From sequence record PZ386954.1: a stretch of 42,659 bases of DNA; one strand, given 5' to 3'. The stretch comes from a phage. Below, piece after piece: positions 23,087-30,947 of the stretch (position 1 is its first letter; each line of letters opens with the position of its first letter). Below the pieces are notes generated by a model that saw nothing but the letters and a program-made list of their open reading frames with translations, had not been told where the DNA came from and did no database searches. The translations under genes and the position numbers were made by a program.

Positions 23087-25521
23087 TGATGGACTTACTT
23101 GCAGAGCAGATTCGACTTGAAGAAGAAGCACGAGCCAGACACCGCGAGGGCTGGCTGGATAATATCAAAGAGGCGATGGCCAGTGGCCGGGCCGGGTCGG
23201 TGCCGTTGCTCCAGCGTATGATGGTAGAGGCGTATCCTCTTGTCGAAGCTGCGATGCAAGAAACCCTGAGCGAAACGACCCGTGGATATGGTGCGCAGTA
23301 CCGGACGTACATGCGTGAGATTGGCACCAAAGCGTGTGCCTCTCTCGCACTGAGCATGGCGGTGTCCGGTGCTGCGTCGGAGCAGGCGGTACTGAGTCTG
23401 CTCAAGAGCATGGGCAAGGCACTGATGGCTGAGGTGGTGTACCTCCGGGCGAAGCAGACCGGGCCACAGCAGGCGGCGTACATGGAGCGCGTTAAGCAGG
23501 ACGTGAAGAAGTCTCGCTCGAAGTCAGCGAACCACGTTTACAATAAAGCGCGTGCGTCGGCGGCGAACGTTGGGGTGGAGATTGATGTGCTACCGCAGCG
23601 TGCGCTGATTACCATTGGCAAGTTGATGATGAAGTGCGTCGAGCCAACTGGTCTGGTGTCTACGATTCGCGTCGGCGGCAACCAGCGCCAGCGCGGTACG
23701 GCACACTTCGCACTGCATGAAGATGTGCTGGCTACGATGAATGACTGGCTGGACATGCCGCGTGCCGATGGCATGTGCTGCCCACCGCTGATTATCCCAC
23801 CGAAGCAGATTGCCCCGAATGGTCGCAGTGGTATGTGGCATTCCGATGGGCAGGCAGCGATGTACCGGGTAATGAGTCGCATGAACCACAAAGGGTATCG
23901 TGCATTGAACGTTGACCCGACCCCCGTTATAGAGCCGTGTATGATGCTCAGCAGCGTTCCGTACCGAGTTAACCCAATGGTACTGGAGTTCCTGCGAACG
24001 AACCGTACAGGCGTTATGGGGCTGCCTGTGCCACCTCGTGAGCCTACACTTCCGTTTACCATCCCCGCTGGTGTGAGCTTTGCGCAGTACATCAGCAAGT
24101 TCCCACCAGAGATGCAGCAGCAGATGGATGCCGAAGCTCATGAGTACAAGGTGAAGACTCGCTTGTATTACAATGAGTTGCGTAAGTTCACGTCGCAGAT
24201 GCTGGCGTTGAATGGTGCAGTCAAAGAGGCAGACAGGTATGCGCAGTACGATAGGATTTATCTCCCGACTTACGCCGATACGCGGGGCCGAATTTATTAT
24301 TCTTCGACCCTTAACCCTCAGTCTATCGACGCGGTGCGAGCGCTGCTTGAGCTTGCGGAACCAGTGGCTCTCGGAAGCGAGGGGCTATTCTGGCTCAAGG
24401 TTCATGTTGCGAATTGCTTCGGCTACGACGCAACAGACTTCGACGACCGGGCGGCGTGGACGGACAAAACACTCCCCCGACTACGTGAGGCGTGCCGTCT
24501 TCCAGAGGCATTTGATTCGTTCTGGTCTGAGGCCGATAGCCCTATCTCAGCGTGGGCTGCATCTGTTGAACTCATTCGAGCTATCGACAGCGGAAGTCCT
24601 GAGACTTATCCCTGCCGAGTGGTTACGCAGTGGGATGCTACATGTTCAGGTCTCCAACACCTCAGCGCAATGTTACGCGATGAAGTTGGGGGTGCTGCTG
24701 TCAATCTTATCAATAGCGTGGGGCGAAAGGCAGACATATATCTCAAGACGGCAGCAGCGGCGATGCAGGCTCTTGAAGATAGTGAAGCGCAGTCACCGAC
24801 GCAGATGGGTACGTGGCTTGTTTCAATCGGCATTGTCCGGGCTATGGCCAAGAAGCCAGTGATGACCTACGTGTACGGGGCAACCCGTCACGGTATGGTG
24901 GACTACTACTGCCTGTACCTGCGAGAGAACCGGGTCAAGCTGCCGGACGGCAAGAGCCTACTGGAGTGTGCGCAGTTCATCGCAGAGTTCATGTGGAATG
25001 CAATCCCGCGTGTCGTGCCGAAAGCGGCAGAGCTGATGGCGTGGTTGCAGGCTATCGCGGTGGAGGCGGCGGCTAACGGCGAGTACGTGGAAATCATTGC
25101 GCCGTCAGGGTTGCGGGTGGTTAACCTGTACCAAGCCAGCAAGGAGACGATGCTCAACAACATCAACCTCATGGGTATCCACAGCATTAAGCTGCGCGAG
25201 TATCTGGACAAGCCGGACGGCAGGAAGTGCGCTGCTGCGATTGCTCCTAATTTCGTACACGCTATGGATGCCAGCCACATGATGAAGGTGTTGTGGGAGA
25301 TGTGGAATAACGGGGTGTTCATGGTGTCCATCCATGACTCGTTCGGTGTTGCTGCTGCTCATGCCGGGTTACTTCACAAGGTCATTCGTGAAAAGTTCGT
25401 GCAGATGTATGAGCAACATGACCCAATTCAACAACTTGCTGTGCGATACAATGCTGTTGCACCTGAACGGGGCAATCTGGACATCCAGCTTGTGAAACAA
25501 TCAAGCAAGTTTTTCTGCTGA
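23086..25521 (+). CDS. single-subunit DNA-dependent RNA polymerase (T7 gp1-like)
   Basis: 811 aa; catalytic VSIHDSFGV motif and overall T7-class RNAP layout; located directly before the structural genes as in phiKMV-like phages. Confidence 0.9.
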   Translation: MMDLLAEQIRLEEEARARHREGWLDNIKEAMASGRAGSVPLLQRMMVEAYPLVEAAMQETLSETTRGYGAQYRTYMREIGTKACASLALSMAVSGAASEQAVLSLLKSMGKALMAEVVYLRAKQTGPQQAAYMERVKQDVKKSRSKSANHVYNKARASAANVGVEIDVLPQRALITIGKLMMKCVEPTGLVSTIRVGGNQRQRGTAHFALHEDVLATMNDWLDMPRADGMCCPPLIIPPKQIAPNGRSGMWHSDGQAAMYRVMSRMNHKGYRALNVDPTPVIEPCMMLSSVPYRVNPMVLEFLRTNRTGVMGLPVPPREPTLPFTIPAGVSFAQYISKFPPEMQQQMDAEAHEYKVKTRLYYNELRKFTSQMLALNGAVKEADRYAQYDRIYLPTYADTRGRIYYSSTLNPQSIDAVRALLELAEPVALGSEGLFWLKVHVANCFGYDATDFDDRAAWTDKTLPRLREACRLPEAFDSFWSEADSPISAWAASVELIRAIDSGSPETYPCRVVTQWDATCSGLQHLSAMLRDEVGGAAVNLINSVGRKADIYLKTAAAAMQALEDSEAQSPTQMGTWLVSIGIVRAMAKKPVMTYVYGATRHGMVDYYCLYLRENRVKLPDGKSLLECAQFIAEFMWNAIPRVVPKAAELMAWLQAIAVEAAANGEYVEIIAPSGLRVVNLYQASKETMLNNINLMGIHSIKLREYLDKPDGRKCAAAIAPNFVHAMDASHMMKVLWEMWNNGVFMVSIHDSFGVAAAHAGLLHKVIREKFVQMYEQHDPIQQLAVRYNAVAPERGNLDIQLVKQSSKFFC

Positions 25522-25525
25522 TAAA

Positions 25526-25577
25526 TAGTGATATGTATCATTGACTTATATGAAAGTGTCTATAGTGATATGTATCA
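25526..25577 (+). repeat. 15-bp direct repeat TAGTGATATGTATCA, two copies (25526-25540 and 25563-25577)
   Basis: read directly in the RNAP-to-late-gene intergenic region. Confidence 0.8.
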
Positions 25578-25580
25578 CGC
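25549..25580 (+). promoter_or_regulatory. conserved element TATGAAAGTGTCTATAGTGATATGTATCACGC, candidate phage-RNAP promoter or regulatory box
   Basis: 22-nt perfect inverted match to 4613-4634; first 13 nt ATGAAAGTGTCTA also occur at the start codon of the 25839 gene. Confidence 0.45.
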
Positions 25581-25632
25581 TACCGGTAGCCCCGTCAGTG
25601 GCGGGGGTTACTGCCACTAAGAGAGGATTGTA

Positions 25633-25824
25633 ATGGGTAAAGAATCTCCATTAGAAAGAGTATCGTTCACTAAAGCTCAGTTAGCTCTACTGGAAAAACA
25701 CTTCGGAACTTGGGCGGCAGTAGGTAAGACTGTAACCCCTGATACAAACCTGCCACTGATTAACAGAGAAGCTGGTAAACAAGATGTTATCGACTTCATC
25801 CGTGAACGTGTCATTGGATTGTAG
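25633..25824 (+). CDS. hypothetical small protein (63 aa), first gene of the late region
   Basis: ATG with GAGAGGA SD. Confidence 0.6.
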   Translation: MGKESPLERVSFTKAQLALLEKHFGTWAAVGKTVTPDTNLPLINREAGKQDVIDFIRERVIGL

Positions 25825-25838
25825 GGAGAGTTGTCGGT

Positions 25839-26258
25839 ATGAAAGTGTCTACTATGGGAAATACATCACACACGACAATGCCACTCGACATTCGCCGTGC
25901 TGTGGCCGAGGGCATTCAAGCCGAGCGGCCATGGTCTGACTTATCTCCCGATGTGATTGTTGACAGCATGTACGAGGCCACCGCCTCCGGTTGTGTTGAC
26001 GTTTACATCACTGATGATGACAACAGCCTTATGGCCGTTGCGCACATCGGCAGGTTATTCGATATTCATGTGGGCGAGATGGTGGTCGTTATGGCCTCAT
26101 ACGTCTGGCCCCCGTACAGAAACCGTGGAGTGATGCGTGCCATCCTCCGTGTACTCAAAGACGTGGCCCGTTCAGAGGGTGTGCGTTGGTGCGGTTACTC
26201 CCATATGGTGCGGCCTTACGTTCAGGAGTACCGCTTCATTGATTTGGAGAAACCGTAA
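25839..26258 (+). CDS. hypothetical protein (139 aa), possible minimal GNAT-like acetyltransferase fold
   Basis: YVWPPYRNRGVMRAILRVLKDVARSEGV resembles the GNAT acetyl-CoA-binding R-x-x-G-x-(G/A) region; weak call. Confidence 0.4.
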   Translation: MKVSTMGNTSHTTMPLDIRRAVAEGIQAERPWSDLSPDVIVDSMYEATASGCVDVYITDDDNSLMAVAHIGRLFDIHVGEMVVVMASYVWPPYRNRGVMRAILRVLKDVARSEGVRWCGYSHMVRPYVQEYRFIDLEKP

Positions 26259-26518
26259 TGGGTAGCGTAGGCAAAGTATTCAAGGGCATTGGCTCGGTCT
26301 TCGGGCTGGGTAGCCAAAAGCCTCAGTACACTATCAAGACTGACCCGGCGCAGGTGAAGGCAGAAACGATGCAGGCTAACCTTGCAGCCGACCTCGCTGG
26401 TGAGAACACCCCAACCATTCAGGCAGGTGGCCAAGTAAGCTCGGCCTCTGATACGCTGGGTGGTCGCCGCCGTCGCACCGGAACTGGTGTGGCAAGTAAC
26501 CTCGGCATTGGGAGCTAA
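26258..26518 (+). CDS. small Gly-rich basic protein (86 aa), probable virion protein
   Basis: ATG overlapping upstream stop; position just before the portal gene. Confidence 0.55.
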   Translation: MGSVGKVFKGIGSVFGLGSQKPQYTIKTDPAQVKAETMQANLAADLAGENTPTIQAGGQVSSASDTLGGRRRRTGTGVASNLGIGS

Positions 26519-26520
26519 GC

Positions 26521-28086
26521 ATGACTCAAGACGCGCAGAACGTCAGCTATGAGTCTCTGTGGCAGAAGTACCGGGATAGCAACGTTGTCACCAAAGCGCG
26601 GGAATACAGCCGCTATACACTGGCCAAGCTGGTGAGCGAGTATGACCGCAGTGACGTGGACGACATGAACCGCCAGCAGATTACTCGTGATTACCAGTCT
26701 GTCGGCGCTCTGCTCGTCAACAACCTAGTTGCCAAACTGGGTGAGTTCCTGTTCCCGGCTTCCGCTCGATTCGTGAAGCTGAAATTAAACAAGGTGTCTG
26801 ACCAACAGCGGCAGTCTATGTCGCAAGTTAATCAGGCGCTTATCACTATTGAAAAGGCCATCGTAGACAAAGCCAAAGAGAATGGCGGCTACGCTGACCT
26901 GCTCCAAGCAATTGCCCAACAAGCTGTGACCGGAAACGCCGCGCTGTACCGCGATATGGAAACTGGTTCGTACCGAGTGTACGGATTGGAATCCTTCGTG
27001 GTGCAGCGCGACGGTCGTGGCGTTGTGGTGGATGCTATCGTGAAGGAGCGCATCCAGTGGGATTCTCTGCCCAAGGACTTTCAGAATGAACTGAACTCCA
27101 AAGGCTTCCGCTGCGGTGGGAACAAACGCGTATGGCTGTACACTCGTGTGCTCCGCGTCCAGAAGGACAGTGGCACGTACGGCTATGAAATCACGCAGCA
27201 GATTGGTAACTACCAAGGTTGCGTCTATACCCCCGGTAAGGATTACTACCCTGAAAAAGTCTGCCCATGGTTATTCCCAGTGTGGTCTTTGAAGTCTGGC
27301 GAGCATTACGGTCGCGGGATTGTCGAAGACCACGCTGGGGATTTCGCACGTCTGTCCATGCTGTCTGAGCACTCAGCTCTGTACATGCAGGAAGCGCTGC
27401 GCGTGCTGTGGATGCTCACTGGTTCTGGCGGCAACGTCGATGACATTGAGAGCGCAGAGACTGGTCAGGTCATTCCACTCCAGAACGGCACATCGCTGTC
27501 CGGCTTGGAGGTCGGGGATTACCAGAAAGTTCAACAGGCCCGTGACGAAATCAACCAGATTGTGCAGCGACTGGCGCAAGCCTTCATGTACACTGGCGAG
27601 TTCCGTGACTCCGAACGTACCACCGCCACCGAAGTGCAGCAGGTAGCAACCAGCGCCGAACGTGGGCTGGGTGGCCCGTACTCAATGCAGGCTAAGACCC
27701 TCCAGATTCCTCTGGCGTACGTCCTGCTCGCGGAGATTGACGAGTCCACCGTACCTGACATCGTAGGCAATATCCTGTCGCTTCAAGTTGAAGCTGGTCT
27801 GGATGCCCTCGGTCGCAGCATTGAAGCAGAGACGCTGATTCGTGCGCTCTCTGACTCGCAGGCAGCAATGGTTGCTGTCCAAAATATTAATGGCGTTGCT
27901 AACACCATCGACCCACAGAAAGTCCTTGAGGTTATCTTCGCATCCAACGGTGTTGCGCTTGACGACTATCGTAAGTCGGCACAAGACTTGGCCCAAGAAG
28001 GGCAGGCCATCGACAATGCAGCGCAGGCTGCCGCAGGCGTTCAGCCGGGCGCGGTCGATGTAGCGCCTAACATCGCACAGATTTAA
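26521..28086 (+). CDS. portal (head-tail connector) protein
   Basis: 521 aa; position and size match T7 gp8-class portals; precedes scaffold and capsid. Confidence 0.85.
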   Translation: MTQDAQNVSYESLWQKYRDSNVVTKAREYSRYTLAKLVSEYDRSDVDDMNRQQITRDYQSVGALLVNNLVAKLGEFLFPASARFVKLKLNKVSDQQRQSMSQVNQALITIEKAIVDKAKENGGYADLLQAIAQQAVTGNAALYRDMETGSYRVYGLESFVVQRDGRGVVVDAIVKERIQWDSLPKDFQNELNSKGFRCGGNKRVWLYTRVLRVQKDSGTYGYEITQQIGNYQGCVYTPGKDYYPEKVCPWLFPVWSLKSGEHYGRGIVEDHAGDFARLSMLSEHSALYMQEALRVLWMLTGSGGNVDDIESAETGQVIPLQNGTSLSGLEVGDYQKVQQARDEINQIVQRLAQAFMYTGEFRDSERTTATEVQQVATSAERGLGGPYSMQAKTLQIPLAYVLLAEIDESTVPDIVGNILSLQVEAGLDALGRSIEAETLIRALSDSQAAMVAVQNINGVANTIDPQKVLEVIFASNGVALDDYRKSAQDLAQEGQAIDNAAQAAAGVQPGAVDVAPNIAQI

Positions 28087-28096
28087 TGGAGAATAC

Positions 28097-29329
28097 ATGT
28101 TTGGTGAATCCCAACCTACTGCCGCACCCGCTCCCCAAAACGTACCCGCTGGCCCGACCTATGCTCCCTCTGGTCACAGCGGTAATGATTATGGTGGAAG
28201 CCCACAGGTGGTACAGAACCCAGCGTTAGGCCGTCTCGGTACGCCAATCGAGTTACCTCGTGGTGGTGCTACCCCGCAGCCTGCGCAGCCGTTCGGACAG
28301 CAGCCGGGCCTGATTCCTTATCAGGAGCAGAATCCGTATGCACAGCCCCAACAGGGAAACCCAAGTCCTTACGCACCCGTACCTCAGCAGAACCCGTATG
28401 GTGCTCCGCAGCAGACCTCTCCGTTTGCGGCACCACCAATTCCGGTTAATGGGTATCAGAATCCGGGCGCAACGCCTCCGGGCCAAGCGGCTCCGGCACA
28501 ACAGTTCCAACAGCCAGTAGCTCCGCAGCCATATGCTTTCGACCCGTATGGTCGTCAGCCGGGCGCACAGCCGCAGGCACAGCAGCCTCAACAGCAGCAG
28601 CCGCAGCCATTCCAACAGTTGCAGCAGCAGCCGGGCCAGCCTCCACAGCAGTTCCAGAATCCCAACCTCACGGCTGAGAAACTGGCTACTCAGGAAGGTG
28701 GCTTGACCTCCGAGCAGGTTGCTCAGATTTTCCCGGACGATACCAGTCGCGCCGTATTCCAAGGCATGGACACCATTGCCCGTGGCCAGAACATCGACCT
28801 GCTTGCAGCGTTCGGTTCGGCTTACGAGCGTCGTGACCCGTCTCTGGTGAACGACCGCTATCTGGCTCAGTTCGACCCACAGACTGTATCAATCCTCAAA
28901 GGTCAATTCGGCGCACTGGTTGCGGCTGGTCAGCAGCGTGACGCTGCAATCGAGCAGCAGGTTTATCAGATGGCTGGTGGCGAGGAGCGATGGGGTCTGG
29001 CTGTACAGGCATTCAACACCGCCGCCGACAAAGGCACGGTCGATGCCGTTGTAGCGGCTGTGAACTCCGGCGACCCTAATCAGGTGCGTCTGGCAGTGAA
29101 CACCATTCTCCAGTTCGCTGGTTCCGCAGGGAATATGATTCAGCGTTCTGGTCAAACTTTGACGCCTAATGGTGGCGGTCAAGCACCTCGTGAGGTTATG
29201 ACCAACGAGGCATTCCGTCAGCATCTTGGCTGGCTTGAGCAGGCGCATCCTGTTGGTTCCCCGGAATACAACAAGCATTACGCCGTACTGGTAGAGCAGC
29301 GCCGTCAGGCTAAAGCTCAAGGTTACTAA
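28097..29329 (+). CDS. scaffolding protein with an unusually long Pro/Gln-rich low-complexity N-terminal half
   Basis: 410 aa between portal and major capsid genes; N-terminal ~200 aa dominated by P, Q, G, A, Y. Confidence 0.7.
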   Translation: MFGESQPTAAPAPQNVPAGPTYAPSGHSGNDYGGSPQVVQNPALGRLGTPIELPRGGATPQPAQPFGQQPGLIPYQEQNPYAQPQQGNPSPYAPVPQQNPYGAPQQTSPFAAPPIPVNGYQNPGATPPGQAAPAQQFQQPVAPQPYAFDPYGRQPGAQPQAQQPQQQQPQPFQQLQQQPGQPPQQFQNPNLTAEKLATQEGGLTSEQVAQIFPDDTSRAVFQGMDTIARGQNIDLLAAFGSAYERRDPSLVNDRYLAQFDPQTVSILKGQFGALVAAGQQRDAAIEQQVYQMAGGEERWGLAVQAFNTAADKGTVDAVVAAVNSGDPNQVRLAVNTILQFAGSAGNMIQRSGQTLTPNGGGQAPREVMTNEAFRQHLGWLEQAHPVGSPEYNKHYAVLVEQRRQAKAQGY

Positions 29330-29349
29330 TTTCTTCGTAAGGATTTTCC

Positions 29350-30342
29350 ATGGCTGATAACACCTATACCCCAAATCAGTTCCGTCCACACTGGGGTGGC
29401 GCGAACTCTGATAACGACATCCACCTTGAGGTGTATGACCGTGATGTTCAAACCCAGTTCATCTACAACTCCATCTTCCGTTCCGGTCTGACCAACTTCA
29501 AGTCTGTGGCTAACCAGTCCAACACTTGGCGTGGCGACCGTCTCGGCTCTGTGACTGTTAAGGGTCGTCGCTCTGGCGAGGCGCTGGACAACCAGCCAGT
29601 TCGCTCTGAGAAACTGATTGTCACTGTGGATACCGTGTCTTACATCCGTATCCCGATTGACTATCAGGACGACTGGACTGCGCCGGACTTCCGCGCTGAG
29701 CTGACCCGTAACATGGGTACTGCACAGGCGAAGGCGTTCGACCAAGCGCACGTCATCCAGCTCCAGAAGTCTGCTGACTTCGTGCCTCCGGCTTCTCTGG
29801 CTGGTGCGTTCAACGCAGGTATCAAGGAGCAGGTCACTCTGACTGGCACCGTGGCATCTGAGGAAGATGATGCGTCTGCGCTGGTACACGGCCACAAGAA
29901 AGCTATCGAGGCGTTCATTCGCCGCGATGCTGACCTTGGCCGACTGGTTACGCTGATTGACCCGGCGTGGTTCAGCATTCTGCTGGAGCACAAGAAACTG
30001 ATGAACGTTGAGTTCACTGGTGGTCGTGGTGTCAACGACTTCGCAATGCGTCGTGTTGCGTATGTCAACGGTATCCGTATCATCGAGAGCAACGCGTTCC
30101 CGCAGGCGGCAATCACCGACCACATCCTCGGCCCTGACTTCAACGTCACCGCCGACGAGATTCAGCGCAAGATGATTATCTTCGACCCGTCTCTGGCTCT
30201 GGTCACTGTCGAAGCCCAGCCGCTGTTCAACCGCGTATGGGATGACGAACGTGAACTGACCAACGTTCTGGATAGCTTCCACATGTACACCGTGGGTCAG
30301 CGTCGTCCAGACGTGGTTGCTGTAGTTACCACTGAGTCCTAA
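29350..30342 (+). CDS. major capsid protein
   Basis: 330 aa; T7/phiKMV-like capsid size and position; followed by terminator-like hairpin. Confidence 0.85.
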   Translation: MADNTYTPNQFRPHWGGANSDNDIHLEVYDRDVQTQFIYNSIFRSGLTNFKSVANQSNTWRGDRLGSVTVKGRRSGEALDNQPVRSEKLIVTVDTVSYIRIPIDYQDDWTAPDFRAELTRNMGTAQAKAFDQAHVIQLQKSADFVPPASLAGAFNAGIKEQVTLTGTVASEEDDASALVHGHKKAIEAFIRRDADLGRLVTLIDPAWFSILLEHKKLMNVEFTGGRGVNDFAMRRVAYVNGIRIIESNAFPQAAITDHILGPDFNVTADEIQRKMIIFDPSLALVTVEAQPLFNRVWDDERELTNVLDSFHMYTVGQRRPDVVAVVTTES

Positions 30343-30352
30343 TGGTAAACTC

Positions 30353-30375
30353 GAAGCCCTTCTCTGAGGGGCTTC
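30353..30375 (+). terminator. hairpin downstream of the major capsid gene (T7 Tphi-like position)
   Basis: GAAGCCC(TT) / CTCTG / (A)GGGGCTTC stem-loop followed by U-rich TATGATTAT. Confidence 0.45.
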
Positions 30376-30398
30376 TATGATTATCACTGGGAGGTTTT

Positions 30399-30947
30399 AT
30401 GACTCTACTCGAAGCAGTCAACATTGTTCTTCGAGCATTGTCTGAACACACTGTATCATCCACCGAGATTCGAAACCCGTCCGTTACCCTTGCACTTGAC
30501 AAGATTGGTATCGCACAGGAAGAAGTTCTCACTGATGGTTGGTGGTTCAACAATATTCGAATCACCATCCCCCGCGAAACGGATGGTCGTGTCAAATACC
30601 CCGCCGACGCATTGAGCTTCATCCCTGATGGGTTTGAGTGTATCGTGCGTGGCGGGTATCTTTACAACGCTAATTCCCAAACCTTTGTTTTTACAGAAGA
30701 TGTTCCGGGATTGGTGACTTACGATTTAGGCTGGGATGACCTACCCAGTCCGGTACAACGACTCGTTGCATATCAAGCAGCTATCTCCGCGTACTCGGAT
30801 GACATGGGTGACAATCCCCCGGCCAGTGTTACTGGTGGTTATGCCATGGCCCTGCAACAGTGCCAGTCTATCCATACCCGCCAGCGTCGATTCAATGCTC
30901 GCCAGCGCAAGAGCTGGTGGCGCTATGAGAGTGCTCGGAGAGGATAA
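30399..30947 (+). CDS. tail tubular protein A (T7 gp11-like)
   Basis: 182 aa; conserved position after capsid; GGAGG SD. Confidence 0.8.
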   Translation: MTLLEAVNIVLRALSEHTVSSTEIRNPSVTLALDKIGIAQEEVLTDGWWFNNIRITIPRETDGRVKYPADALSFIPDGFECIVRGGYLYNANSQTFVFTEDVPGLVTYDLGWDDLPSPVQRLVAYQAAISAYSDDMGDNPPASVTGGYAMALQQCQSIHTRQRRFNARQRKSWWRYESARRG

